From Bdellovibrionales bacterium (lineage in GTDB: Bacteria; Bdellovibrionota; Bdellovibrionia; Bdellovibrionales; UBA1609): 64,000 nt of DNA. Shown here in pieces: positions 1 to 10,251 of the stretch. Each line of letters opens with the position of its first letter. The first letter of the stretch is position 1. Position numbers and translations under genes: made by a program. Where the stretch lies: positions 1,202,082 through 1,266,081 of the forward strand of contig OZ252021.1 of assembly GCA_965247685.1 (NCBI GenBank). The letters are read 5' to 3'. The notes beneath the pieces are model-generated. The model had not been told where the DNA came from. It was given only the letters and a program-made list of their open reading frames with translations, and searched no databases.

Positions 1-156
1 AACATTGCGGCTAAAGGGAAGACGGCCTATTCTTTGAATAGGAACATTTTTTCGAATACCCATTTCATAGAATTTACGACAAATAGAGTCACAAGCTTTA
101 AAGCTTTCGACTCTGCCCTCTGTGAATACAGGAAAATCAACCAAACAATAATTCAC
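1..156 (-). CDS. hypothetical protein, N-terminal part only (gene runs off the left edge)
   Basis: Minus-strand open frame from GTG at 156-154 with AAGGGAG 7 nt upstream. It translates MNYCLVDFPVFTEGRVESFKACDSICRKFYEMGIRKNVPIQRIG... No family recognised. Confidence 0.35.
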   Translation of the reverse strand, partial: MNYCLVDFPVFTEGRVESFKACDSICRKFYEMGIRKNVPIQRIGRLPFSRNV

Positions 157-454
157 TTTTCAACTCCCTTTGCTTCAATATCATAATTCTACTTTTAGAT
201 TCTTTATATTGAAAGTAAAAGACTAAAGAATATAGACTCGACCCGGAAGCTATCAAGAGCGAGACTGAAAGACTACAAAAACAATAATTTGAGCCCTATT
301 TTAGGAAAAACAATACTCAAATGATAATCTACTTACCTAGACTTATGGCCTTTTTCTTCTCAAAAAATTCAGTATTTACAATATCTTTCACTTATTTTCA
401 TTTTATGCTCCGCATGTTTTTTATTTAAAAAATCTCATATAACTTTTAAGAGCT

Positions 455-1528
455 ATGACTTGGATATATATTTTCTCTCTTGTTGTTTTAGGATGGGGCC
501 TTGCCTCTTTTATTCTTCGCTCTATCATCCTCCATCTTCCTGGAGTGAAAGCCCACAAGAAGAGACACAAAATCATGTTTTGGTCTCAAAGTGCGTTGTT
601 GGCTTTAACAATATCCGTTGTTCTCACATTTTCACAACCCTACATAATCAATCAATTTGAAATGTACAAAGGTATACTATTGATTGTTGCAAAATGGATA
701 AAAGGCTTTATTCATATCTATTTAGGCGGCAGTATTATTTTTCTCACACATCACAGTGTGGACCCCATATTTGATGGAATACAATCAAGATGGCTCCATC
801 AAGGTTCTTTAAATAAGAACATCCTTGTATTGATTAAAAAAATTATAAGCTTCTTGATTGTGATTACAGGAGGACTGCTGTTAGTTCAAAACTTAGGTTA
901 CAATATTACATCTCTTCTAGCAGGCTTAGGAATAGGTGGTGTTGCTATCGCATTAGCTGCTAAAGACACTATTTCTAATTTTTTCGGATCGCTTGTTATT
1001 CTTCTCGATCGACCTTTCGTTATAGGAGACTGGATACAATTCAATGAGACAGAAGGTACAGTCGAATCTATAGGATTTCGCTCCACTCAAATTAAAACTT
1101 TTTATGACTCGGTGATTTCTGTTCCTAATTTTATTGTGGCCAATGCCCAAATTGATAATTTAAGAAAAAGAAAGTACAGGAGAACACGATTCACATTGGG
1201 GATCAATTATGCAACAAAGTCAGAAAAAATTAAAATCTTTGTAGACGGTATCAAGAGTATTATTCAAAACCATGAAAAAACTAAAAAAAACCACTATCAA
1301 GTTTCTTTTTCTGGGTATGCAGATTCTAGCTTGAATATTTTTGTGAATATATTTTTGAAAGCTCAGAATTGGAATGAAGAGTTGGAAATTCGACAAGAAA
1401 TCTTTTTATCTATTTTAGAATTATCTCACAAACTGAATGTGGAGTTTGCCTTTCCAAGTCAAAGTTTGTACATTGAAAACATAAAAAATGCTTCCCAAAA
1501 AGAGTTTTCATTTGAAGAACAAAATTAG
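455..1528 (+). CDS. MscS-family small-conductance mechanosensitive channel
   Basis: 357-aa ORF with N-terminal TM helices and the MscS core signature GIGGVAIALAAKDTISNFFGSLVILLDRPFVIGDWIQF..EGTVESIGFRSTQIKT. Confidence 0.9.
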   Translation: MTWIYIFSLVVLGWGLASFILRSIILHLPGVKAHKKRHKIMFWSQSALLALTISVVLTFSQPYIINQFEMYKGILLIVAKWIKGFIHIYLGGSIIFLTHHSVDPIFDGIQSRWLHQGSLNKNILVLIKKIISFLIVITGGLLLVQNLGYNITSLLAGLGIGGVAIALAAKDTISNFFGSLVILLDRPFVIGDWIQFNETEGTVESIGFRSTQIKTFYDSVISVPNFIVANAQIDNLRKRKYRRTRFTLGINYATKSEKIKIFVDGIKSIIQNHEKTKKNHYQVSFSGYADSSLNIFVNIFLKAQNWNEELEIRQEIFLSILELSHKLNVEFAFPSQSLYIENIKNASQKEFSFEEQN

Positions 1529-2546
1529 GAAATTGTTTACTCATATATCACTATGGTTGTGGAATCAGTTGAAAAAAATTGACACCGCAAGCTTGTCTCA
1601 AAAACTATCCACCTTTTTTTCCCGTTATAGTTCTTGGATTATTGTGGCTTTGGTGTCACTAGCTTTAGCGGATATCACCTTGCTTTTTATTTGGCCTTCT
1701 TTACTCCCTTCCAAGGGTATTAAGAACTCTGCACTTCCTGTTCAAGTGACTCGAAGTCAAACGCTTTCTCCTGTAGATTTTTTACATACAGCTAATATTT
1801 TTCATCCAGGCCCTATTCCTCTTTCCCTAAAAGAAGATCAAGAGGACTCCTTTTCATTAGAAACTCCTCAATCTGAATCTAGTTTATCTAATTTACCTTT
1901 TCAACTTTTAGGGACTATTGAGAGCATGAATCCTCAACGTTCTATGGCATCTATTCGCATCTCTTCTACCGAACCCACACTGTCTTATTTTGTGGGAGAT
2001 GAAATTGATGGAAAAGCTCGTATTACCATTATTGAAAGACGGCATGTAAAGTTTATTAATTTGCTGAACAATCGTTTAGAGCATATTGAAATTCCATTGG
2101 ATTACAAATTACAAATGACCACTGTTGAACCGGATAACGACATTAGGGAAGAAGAAGAAGAGAAAACAAAACCTACGATCGAAGGTGTATCTCAAATAGA
2201 CACAAATAAATATGAGGTGACTCGCTCTGTCATTAATAATCACATTAGAAATCTTCCTGATATACTACAACAAGCTCGTGTAGAGCCTAAAATCGATCCA
2301 GACGGCCGTCTTGTTGGTCATGAATTTCAATGGATCAAAAAAGGAAGCATCTACGAAAATTTAGGATTTAAAAAAGGAGACACTCTCATCTCCATTAATA
2401 ATAAGAAAGTCAATAATGAAATGGAAGCACAACGACTTTTTCAACAATTTAGAACTTCTAGTCAATTTTCTATAAAAATCCAGAATAAAAATGGTCAAGA
2501 GCGTGAATTATCCTATAACATAGACGAAGATACTTCAATAGAATAA
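1488..2546 (+). CDS. gspC: type II secretion system protein C (N-terminal anchor plus C-terminal PDZ-like domain)
   Basis: Lies immediately upstream of gspD. Single TM (IIVALVSLALADITLLFIW) and a C-terminal PDZ-like segment (GFKKGDTLISINNKKV). The ATG at 1488 overlaps mscS by 41 nt, so in-frame TTG at 1557 or 1569 are alternative starts. Confidence 0.6.
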   Translation: MLPKKSFHLKNKIRKLFTHISLWLWNQLKKIDTASLSQKLSTFFSRYSSWIIVALVSLALADITLLFIWPSLLPSKGIKNSALPVQVTRSQTLSPVDFLHTANIFHPGPIPLSLKEDQEDSFSLETPQSESSLSNLPFQLLGTIESMNPQRSMASIRISSTEPTLSYFVGDEIDGKARITIIERRHVKFINLLNNRLEHIEIPLDYKLQMTTVEPDNDIREEEEEKTKPTIEGVSQIDTNKYEVTRSVINNHIRNLPDILQQARVEPKIDPDGRLVGHEFQWIKKGSIYENLGFKKGDTLISINNKKVNNEMEAQRLFQQFRTSSQFSIKIQNKNGQERELSYNIDEDTSIE

Positions 2547-2578
2547 GATAAGGTTTTGAAAACAAGGATGTCCATGAA

Positions 2579-4813
2579 ATGAAAATTTTATTCCAAACAA
2601 TTTCGATTCTGATGTGCAGCCTTTTTTCTATATCTGAAGCTTCAACTAAAATTTTTAAGGGAAAAGTTTCAGGGCAAACTTTAAATGAATCTTCCATTGA
2701 AGAAATTGATTCAGAAAATTTTCCAGACAAAATTAAAAGCTTTGATTACCCTGATGCAGAAATTATAGATGTTGTAAAAGCAATGAGTCAGCTGACGGGA
2801 CTTAATTTTATTGTGGATCCCAGTATCAAAAACAAAGTCAGTATCATTGCTCCTTCTGAAATTACTGTAGCAGAGGCTTTTCAGGCTTTTCTTTCTGCTC
2901 TAGCCATTAATGGATATGCTATCGTTCGCAGTGGAGCTTTTTGGAAAGTTGTCCCCGCTGAAAAGGCATCTAGAGATAATGTACGGGTTTACAAAGGAGA
3001 GTATTTTCCAGATGCTGATCAGTACATTACTAAAATTATTAAGATCAAACATGCGAGTGTCAAAATTTTAGAAAAGGAGATTAAACAATTCCTTTCCAAA
3101 GAAAGTAAATCTATGTTTTATGAAGAAGCCAACACCATTATACTCAGTGATTATGGATCTAACATTGAAAAAATCACTCAAATTCTCAGAGAGTTAGATG
3201 TTCCTAATGTCCATAACCTCGTAGAAGTCATCCCTATTATTTATGCCCCTGCTGTCGATCTGACGAATAAAATTAATATGCTCATTCAACCTCGATTTTC
3301 TTCTGCTTTATCTCGTAGATCAGGCCGTCCTGGGAGTAATCTTGTAAAATCATCAAAAGATATCAACGCTACAGGGGTGTCCGCTTTAATTCCAGATGAG
3401 CGAACTAATTCCATTATCATATCAGGAACTCAAAAAGGAATTAATAGAATAAAAAAATTAATACAAAAACTAGATTCTGAATTTGATACTCAAACTTCAG
3501 GAGGTATTTTTGTTTATTATGTGAAATATGGAATAGCGGAAGACATTGCAAAAACACTCAATGAAATACTCCAACCAAAATCCTCTTCAAACAACAAAAA
3601 CAGAGCACTCAATTCAAGTTTTTCTGCTTTAAGAAATTTAATGGGCGGTTCAACTATTCGTGACAATATTCAAATCACTCATGACAATAATACGAACAGT
3701 CTTCTCGTTACAGCAAAAAAACATAGCTTTCAGGCTTTAAAAAAAATTCTAGATAAAATTGATATTCCTAAACATCAAGTCTTTATTAAAACTATTATTA
3801 TGGATCTGAATGCAGAAAATAAATTGAATTGGGATGTCACGACTTACAAATTCTTAGGAAGTAAAAAAGAAGGTATTAGCGGCCTCCTCCCTCGAATTGG
3901 TTTCAGTTCTCAAAGTTTAAAAAGTTTGTTCTTGGAAGCACCTGGCAGAGAGTCTGTTTTAAGTTTTGCAACAGGTTTGATGAATCTATCAGGCCCTCTC
4001 CCCGCTTGGTTACCTTCTGCTTTATCTCAAGGGAAAGGAGGAGAATCATCCAACGTACCTCCCTCTATACAGATCCCTTCTTTGTTGGGATTTGTTAATA
4101 TTATTAAATCCACAACAGGTGGAAATATCTTATCAACGCCTCAATTGATTGCAGTAGATAACGAAGAGTCTTTGATTTCTGTAGGTGTCAATGCACCTGT
4201 AGGGACAACAGAAACTCTTAGTGACTTAGGGCGATCGAAAGCTCAAGAAAGGCAAGATATTAATACGGAGCTCAAAATTACACCACGTATTAATCCGGAT
4301 GGAAATTCTGTTCGACTGAAGATCGAACAAAAAATTGACTCTATTAATCCAACAACTGTGGGTTCAGATGAGCTTAAAAATTCCGTTACCATCACTAAAA
4401 GAAAAATCATCACAAACATTATTTTAAATGATCAAGAAACAGCCGTACTAGGTGGACTCATGCATGACGAAGAAGTTGAAGAGAATTATAAAATCCCTCT
4501 TCTTGGAGATATCCCTATAATAGGGTGGCTGTTTCGTGCTCAAGATTTGAAAAAAGTGAAAAAAAATCTGATCATCTTTATCACTCCTCAAATTATCAAA
4601 TCTATAGATAACACACGAGATATCGTAAAAGATCATATTGATGAACGCATCGATTTTATGCAGAGATTTATGAATAATCCAGAGAGAAATGAACAAGAAA
4701 TGTACAAAATGCTAGGTCAATCTGCTCCTTCTTATTCCTCATCAACCGCCATTCATCCAAAACAAGAAAACGAGGATATGGAAATTTTAGAACCTCCTAT
4801 GGAAGAAGAGTAA
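2579..4813 (+). CDS. gspD: type II secretion system secretin GspD
   Basis: 744 aa with a signal peptide, N-domain region and C-terminal secretin signature (VLGGLMHDEEVEENYKIPLLGDIPIIGWLFR...NLIIFITPQII). Lies between gspC and gspE. Confidence 0.95.
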   Translation: MKILFQTISILMCSLFSISEASTKIFKGKVSGQTLNESSIEEIDSENFPDKIKSFDYPDAEIIDVVKAMSQLTGLNFIVDPSIKNKVSIIAPSEITVAEAFQAFLSALAINGYAIVRSGAFWKVVPAEKASRDNVRVYKGEYFPDADQYITKIIKIKHASVKILEKEIKQFLSKESKSMFYEEANTIILSDYGSNIEKITQILRELDVPNVHNLVEVIPIIYAPAVDLTNKINMLIQPRFSSALSRRSGRPGSNLVKSSKDINATGVSALIPDERTNSIIISGTQKGINRIKKLIQKLDSEFDTQTSGGIFVYYVKYGIAEDIAKTLNEILQPKSSSNNKNRALNSSFSALRNLMGGSTIRDNIQITHDNNTNSLLVTAKKHSFQALKKILDKIDIPKHQVFIKTIIMDLNAENKLNWDVTTYKFLGSKKEGISGLLPRIGFSSQSLKSLFLEAPGRESVLSFATGLMNLSGPLPAWLPSALSQGKGGESSNVPPSIQIPSLLGFVNIIKSTTGGNILSTPQLIAVDNEESLISVGVNAPVGTTETLSDLGRSKAQERQDINTELKITPRINPDGNSVRLKIEQKIDSINPTTVGSDELKNSVTITKRKIITNIILNDQETAVLGGLMHDEEVEENYKIPLLGDIPIIGWLFRAQDLKKVKKNLIIFITPQIIKSIDNTRDIVKDHIDERIDFMQRFMNNPERNEQEMYKMLGQSAPSYSSSTAIHPKQENEDMEILEPPMEEE

Positions 4814-4816
4814 TCT

Positions 4817-6502
4817 ATGAAGAGCTCCACTTCACTTGATGTTGTTATTTCTAAACTGTCCACACTTTCTCAGGAACAAATTCAATCCATTTTAGAATCC
4901 AAAAATTCTAAAGGCCAATCGTTGAAAGAAAACTTTAGTCATCGTACTCCGTCTTCTCCAGAAGAGTCTTTATCTTTACTCTGTCAGCACTTAGATGTTC
5001 CTTTTGAACACAATATTAATGTGAACAATATCCCTCAACACCTCGTTCAAGACATACCTATACATTATGCAAAAAAATATCTCATACTCCCCTACAAAGA
5101 AAATGAGAATGAAATTTTTGTTCTTACGAGCAATCCTTTAAATTTTGATATTTTATCTGACCTTAAATTGAAGTTTCAAAAAAAGATCACACCCATTGTA
5201 AGTACAACTCAAAAAATTCAAGCAGCTATTAATGCTATTTATGAAAAATATACAGGGAACTTAGAAGGTTTAGAAAGTATTCAAGAAGAAGAGTATGATC
5301 TAGATGATCCCGTTATTGATTTGTTAGATGTAGAAGATGAAGCTCCTGTTATCAAATTGGTGAACACTCTTTTTTTAAGAGCTATTAAAGAACGAGCTTC
5401 CGATATACATATTGAACCCTATGAAAGAGAACTAATTGTCCGCTTTCGTGTTGATGGTGTTTTGTATATTGTATTTAAACCTCCTAAAAGATTACATGGA
5501 GCTATTGCTTCTCGAATAAAGATTATGGCAGATTTGAATATTGCAGAAAAAAGACTTCCTCAAGATGGCCGCATCCCTTTAAAACTTGCTGGAAAAGATA
5601 TTGATGTACGTCTCAGTACAGTTCCGACATCTTTTGGTGAAAGATTAGTTTTGAGGCTACAAGATCGATCTCAAGTTATTTTGAATCTCAATCAACTCGG
5701 ATACTCTCCAGACAATCTATCTGTTTTAATGAACATGATTCATAAAACGCATGGAATTTTATTGGTCACAGGTCCGACAGGAAGCGGGAAATCAACAACT
5801 CTATACGCTCTTTTATCTCACATGGATACTCAAAAAAGAAATATTATTACTATTGAAGATCCAGTGGAGCAAAGAATTTCTAATATTGGTCAAATTCAAG
5901 TGAATCCAAAAATTGGCCTCACTTTTTCTACAGGACTTCGATCGATTCTACGTCAAGATCCCAATATCATCATGGTGGGGGAGATTCGAGATTTAGATAC
6001 AATGAAAATTGCTATTAATGCTTCTCTAACAGGTCACCTAGTTTTATCCACTTTACACACCAACGATTCTGCAGGTGTGTTTCCTCGATTAATCGATATG
6101 GGCTGCGAACCTTTTTTAATTGCAACATCTCTTTTAGGTGTAATTTCTCAAAGATTGGTTCGTCTTCTTTGTGAAAACTGTAAAGAAAAATATCACCCTT
6201 CTGAAAGTGAAAGAATGTCTTTAGATAATTTTACACTCGGAAAAAATGAATATATTTATAAAGCTGTAGGATGTGACAAATGTGAACATAAGGGTTATAT
6301 CGGGCGAACAGCTATACAAGAACTTCTTATTGTAAATGATGATATTCGAACACATATTATTAAAAGTAGTGATGGGCAGACTATCAAAAAGGAAGCATTG
6401 AAACAAGGTATGCTTTCCCTTCATCAACATGGAATTCAAAAAGTCAAAATGGGGAAAACGACCATCGAAGAAGTTCTCGCTAATACTCAAATCGACTTAT
6501 AA
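4817..6502 (+). CDS. gspE: type II secretion ATPase GspE
   Basis: Walker A GPTGSGKSTT. Conserved APVIKLVN..ASDIHIEP..RFRVDGVL block. Tetracysteine motif CENC...CDKC. Confidence 0.95.
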   Translation: MKSSTSLDVVISKLSTLSQEQIQSILESKNSKGQSLKENFSHRTPSSPEESLSLLCQHLDVPFEHNINVNNIPQHLVQDIPIHYAKKYLILPYKENENEIFVLTSNPLNFDILSDLKLKFQKKITPIVSTTQKIQAAINAIYEKYTGNLEGLESIQEEEYDLDDPVIDLLDVEDEAPVIKLVNTLFLRAIKERASDIHIEPYERELIVRFRVDGVLYIVFKPPKRLHGAIASRIKIMADLNIAEKRLPQDGRIPLKLAGKDIDVRLSTVPTSFGERLVLRLQDRSQVILNLNQLGYSPDNLSVLMNMIHKTHGILLVTGPTGSGKSTTLYALLSHMDTQKRNIITIEDPVEQRISNIGQIQVNPKIGLTFSTGLRSILRQDPNIIMVGEIRDLDTMKIAINASLTGHLVLSTLHTNDSAGVFPRLIDMGCEPFLIATSLLGVISQRLVRLLCENCKEKYHPSESERMSLDNFTLGKNEYIYKAVGCDKCEHKGYIGRTAIQELLIVNDDIRTHIIKSSDGQTIKKEALKQGMLSLHQHGIQKVKMGKTTIEEVLANTQIDL

Positions 6503-6513
6503 GGAGTTTCAAC

Positions 6514-7773
6514 ATGCCAAATTATTCATTTGCGGGTGCGAATTCAAAAGGGCGCACTATTCGTGGCACTGTAACTGCAGAAAGTTTGAATGATGCAAAG
6601 TCTAAATTAAAATTAGAAGGTATTGTTGTTACGGATCTTCGAGATGTTTCTCAAAGCACTAGCTCCATTTCTTTTATCCCTAAAAAGAAAGTGGATATCA
6701 AAACATTAAGCTTTATGACTCACAATTTATCCATCATGCTCAAAGCCGGTATACCTCTAGTGGATGCGATGGATACTCTGATTAAGCAAGCTTCTCACTC
6801 TTCTATGCTGGAAGCTTTAAATTTTATCAAACAATCATTAACGGAAGGAAAAAGCTTCCATCAATCTTTAAAAAAATTTCCTCATGTTTTTAATACTACT
6901 TATGTAGCTATGTGTGAAGCAGGAGAATTATCAGGTACCCTAGACATTGTTCTTCAAAGATTAGCTTTATTCACGGAGGCTCAATCCAGACTGCAAGATA
7001 AGGTCCGAACTTCTCTGACTTATCCTGCACTCATGTCGATATTTGCATTTTTTATGATTATCTTTTTGCTGACTTATGTGGTTCCTAAAATTCGAATTTT
7101 ATTTGAAGGAAATGCAGCTCAAACTCTACCTTGGTATTCTCACATGTTGTTGAATCTGAGTGACAGCATTATTAAAGGATGGATTCCTTTGACCATGTTG
7201 TTTGTAGGTATTGTTCTTGTATTTTGGAGATGGAAAAAAAGCCCTCATGGTCAAAAAACTTGGGATCATTTTTCTTTAAGACTGCCTTTTTTTGGCACCA
7301 TTATTCGCTCAGTAGCTATTTCTAGATTTTCTCGAACTCTCTCCACTTTACTCAAAGGAGGAGTTCCTGTAATGGACGCCTTGGATATTGTGAAAAATGT
7401 TGTCAATAATCAAAAATTACAAGCTACCATTATGGAAGCAAAAGATCTAATTTCTAGGGGGGAAAATTTGTCCACTCCTTTAATTCAATCCGGAGAATTT
7501 CCTCCCATGGTGACTCAAATGATTCGAGTGGGCGAAAAAACAGGACATTTAGAACACATGCTGACACAAATTAGTGATACCTATGACAATAAAGTGAGAA
7601 CAGACTTAGAAACTATGACTTCTTTATTAGAACCTTTGATGCTGATTCTAATGGGTGGTGTTATTGCATTTATTGTTTTTGCTACTATTATTCCACTCCT
7701 TCAAGTCTACAATATAGAGGGTTTTACGGGCGGGCTTGAGCGAACCTATCAAACCTTCTCGTTTTTTGTTTAA
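6514..7773 (+). CDS. gspF: type II secretion inner-membrane platform protein GspF
   Basis: 419 aa with the duplicated GspF/PilC-type domain (MLKAGIPLVDAMDTL / LLKGGVPVMDALDIV) and three TM segments. Confidence 0.9.
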   Translation: MPNYSFAGANSKGRTIRGTVTAESLNDAKSKLKLEGIVVTDLRDVSQSTSSISFIPKKKVDIKTLSFMTHNLSIMLKAGIPLVDAMDTLIKQASHSSMLEALNFIKQSLTEGKSFHQSLKKFPHVFNTTYVAMCEAGELSGTLDIVLQRLALFTEAQSRLQDKVRTSLTYPALMSIFAFFMIIFLLTYVVPKIRILFEGNAAQTLPWYSHMLLNLSDSIIKGWIPLTMLFVGIVLVFWRWKKSPHGQKTWDHFSLRLPFFGTIIRSVAISRFSRTLSTLLKGGVPVMDALDIVKNVVNNQKLQATIMEAKDLISRGENLSTPLIQSGEFPPMVTQMIRVGEKTGHLEHMLTQISDTYDNKVRTDLETMTSLLEPLMLILMGGVIAFIVFATIIPLLQVYNIEGFTGGLERTYQTFSFFV

Positions 7774-7878
7774 CATAAAGCTTGGTTGATTTATGTTCCA
7801 TTTTTTTGTAATATGAAGGTGTTTATCTCCGGATAACTGTTGATATGGATTAGATAATATGAAGAGGAATTTATAAAT

Positions 7879-8322
7879 ATGAAAAAACATTTTTTAATGA
7901 ACCAAAAAGGCTTTTCTTTAATTGAAATCATGATTGCTGTTATCATTCTAGCTTCAATGGCCACTGTTGTGGTTTCTAATGTCGCCAGTCAGCATAAAAA
8001 GGCTCAAGTATCTCAAACTAAAATTTTATTATCTCAAGTTTCTAATTCCCTAGAGATGTTTTATAGAGACTGTTCCTTTTACCCCACTGCAGATGAAGGG
8101 TTAGATGCCTTGTTGGATCCTGTAGACCGATGCCCCAGCTGGGGACCTGAACCTTATTTAACAAGAGGCTATCCTAAAGACCCTTGGAGCAATGAATTAG
8201 TTTATGAATATGATGAAACTTCTGGTTTGTATGAGATCTTTAGTTTAGGCAGTGATAAAAAAGAAGGTGGAGAAGGTTATGCTACAGACTTATCATCTCG
8301 AGATGATCAAAATTCTCAATAA
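7879..8322 (+). CDS. gspG: major pseudopilin GspG
   Basis: Prepilin leader and cleavage motif KG/FSLIEIMIAVIILA. GspG-type body (DPWSNELVYEY..LGSDKKEGGEG). GAGGAA lies 9 nt upstream of the ATG. Confidence 0.9.
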   Translation: MKKHFLMNQKGFSLIEIMIAVIILASMATVVVSNVASQHKKAQVSQTKILLSQVSNSLEMFYRDCSFYPTADEGLDALLDPVDRCPSWGPEPYLTRGYPKDPWSNELVYEYDETSGLYEIFSLGSDKKEGGEGYATDLSSRDDQNSQ

Positions 8323-8884
8323 TTATTCTTATTTCAAACATAATTTAACCCACATTCAAAGACGTGGATTCAGTTTAATAGAAATACTTATTGCAGTCGC
8401 TATTTTCGCATCTTCTATAATGTTTATTATTCCGTGGGTTCAAAAATCTGAAAATGAAATCAAAAAAAAATTAAGAACACTTCAAGCCATCAACAAATCT
8501 TTGTACAGTTATTCTCGTATTCATAACAAGGCTTACCGTTTAGTATTACATACAGCAGACAATCAGTCTTCTTTTTGGATTGAGAGTGAACAGCCTTTGA
8601 TTTGGGATACTCCTGAAGAGCTGTCTTCTGTTAAAACCTCAGATCAAAAAGATGTATCTAGTTTATTCAAAAAAGATAAAGAGCTTTCCGAGGAGATCCT
8701 TTTGCCCAAAAATATTTATTTTGATTGGCCTGATCTAGAAGGCGAAAAACTCTACATACTCTATCATTCCCAATCCTTATCCCCTTCCATGACAGTCACA
8801 ATCAGAAACTCTTCCCGCGACCTATGGACACTTAATTTCAAACCTATTGTGGGCGAATTGAACATCCAACCTATAACAAAATAA
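8303..8884 (+). CDS. gspH: minor pseudopilin, GspH-like
   Basis: Prepilin motif RRG/FSLIEILIAVAIFA. The ORF-track start at 8252 lies inside gspG, so I place the start at the ATG at 8303 (20-nt overlap). Assignment is partly positional. Confidence 0.65.
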   Translation: MIKILNNYSYFKHNLTHIQRRGFSLIEILIAVAIFASSIMFIIPWVQKSENEIKKKLRTLQAINKSLYSYSRIHNKAYRLVLHTADNQSSFWIESEQPLIWDTPEELSSVKTSDQKDVSSLFKKDKELSEEILLPKNIYFDWPDLEGEKLYILYHSQSLSPSMTVTIRNSSRDLWTLNFKPIVGELNIQPITK

Positions 8885-8889
8885 ACATC

Positions 8890-9432
8890 ATGATGGTACG
8901 AGATCTTTATTCTACAAATAGTAAAATGCTTTCCAAAGGACTTTCTTTTATTGAAGTTCTTTACTCCATTGTTCTTATGGTTGGAATTATGGTTCTCATT
9001 TCTCAATTTTTCTCACAATCCACTCAACACCTTAATCGCTCTAAAAGATACTACTTTATCACTCAACTTCTTGAACAAAAAATAACTGAAATAGAACTGG
9101 ATTATATGAAAGAAGGCCTCTCCGCTCTAGAAGAAGTAGAGCGAGAAGAGTTTGAAAATGTCTCTCACTATTCATGGAGCCTCAAAACTTCTACGATGCC
9201 GGATGTTTCTTTGATTCAGCCTGATGTTCTAGGTTTTGAAAAAGGTAGCAACATCACTCAAATTTTAGACAATATTGCAAAAAAAACTTCTGAGTTGGTC
9301 ACAGAAGTTCATTTGACTGTACATTACAAGAAATTCGATCAAGAAGCATCCTACTCCGTGACCACTTACTTTGTTGATTTCAAAAAAGGTACAAGTGAAA
9401 GTTTTCTATTAAGTTTACTTCCTCAATTATAG
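8890..9432 (+). CDS. gspI: minor pseudopilin, GspI-like
   Basis: Prepilin motif KG/LSFIEVLYSIVLMV. The ATG at 8926 would give a short MLSKG leader and is an alternative start. Assignment is positional. Confidence 0.6.
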   Translation: MMVRDLYSTNSKMLSKGLSFIEVLYSIVLMVGIMVLISQFFSQSTQHLNRSKRYYFITQLLEQKITEIELDYMKEGLSALEEVEREEFENVSHYSWSLKTSTMPDVSLIQPDVLGFEKGSNITQILDNIAKKTSELVTEVHLTVHYKKFDQEASYSVTTYFVDFKKGTSESFLLSLLPQL

Positions 9433-9435
9433 GTG

Positions 9436-10251
9436 ATGGCAATGGTATACAAAAGTTCTAAAGGTTTTTCTCTGATTGAAGTCCTTATCAGTTTAGTGCT
9501 CTTTACTTCCCTTTCACTATCCATGATGAATGTGTTTAATCAAACTATTCGATCCGAAAAACAAATAGAAAAATTTATACGATCTAATCGGGCAATACAA
9601 AATATTACTTCTGCAATCAAAAAAGATCTTCAAACTATTATTTATATTTTGCCTTCTAATATTTTACAAAGATCCTACCAACATTACAAACTGAGTCTCC
9701 AAGACAGTTACGAAGGAGATTATATGACAGATTATTTTCCAGAAAACAATAAACCCTTTATTCGAAAATCGGTTTATCCTAAAATGGGATTTGAAGGAGA
9801 TGAAAATTCTTTCTACTTTACTTCTCCTCTTTCCACAGATGCAGCTTTTTCTACTGTGAGAGTGGCTTATGTTATAGAGCCTTGCCCTAACGAAGGAACA
9901 ATTAGATGCTTGATGCGTAAGACAGCTCCACTTGATCAAAAACTCTCATCAGAATGGAATAATTCTGAATTTGAAAAAAAACAAGTGCTACTTAAAAATG
10001 TGGAAACTTTTCAAATCGAATATTTTAATCAAGAGGAATGGCTATCTGAGTTTCGAATACCTATAAGAAGAGGTCTTTTTTTTCCTTTACCTTTACCGTC
10101 CGCTTTAAGAATTGTTGTCAAATTCGAAGATCAAAACATGGATTTTTATGTTCCTTTTTACTCCACTCTTTTATCAAATAAAATCACATCTCCTTCACTT
10201 TTAAACATAAACCGCAACTCCCCCTCAGCAGATGAGGAGCCAGCACCATGA
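9436..10251 (+). CDS. gspJ: minor pseudopilin, GspJ-like
   Basis: Prepilin motif SKG/FSLIEVLISLVLFT. GTG 9433, ATG 9436 and ATG 9442 are all possible starts. Confidence 0.6.
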   Translation: MAMVYKSSKGFSLIEVLISLVLFTSLSLSMMNVFNQTIRSEKQIEKFIRSNRAIQNITSAIKKDLQTIIYILPSNILQRSYQHYKLSLQDSYEGDYMTDYFPENNKPFIRKSVYPKMGFEGDENSFYFTSPLSTDAAFSTVRVAYVIEPCPNEGTIRCLMRKTAPLDQKLSSEWNNSEFEKKQVLLKNVETFQIEYFNQEEWLSEFRIPIRRGLFFPLPLPSALRIVVKFEDQNMDFYVPFYSTLLSNKITSPSLLNINRNSPSADEEPAP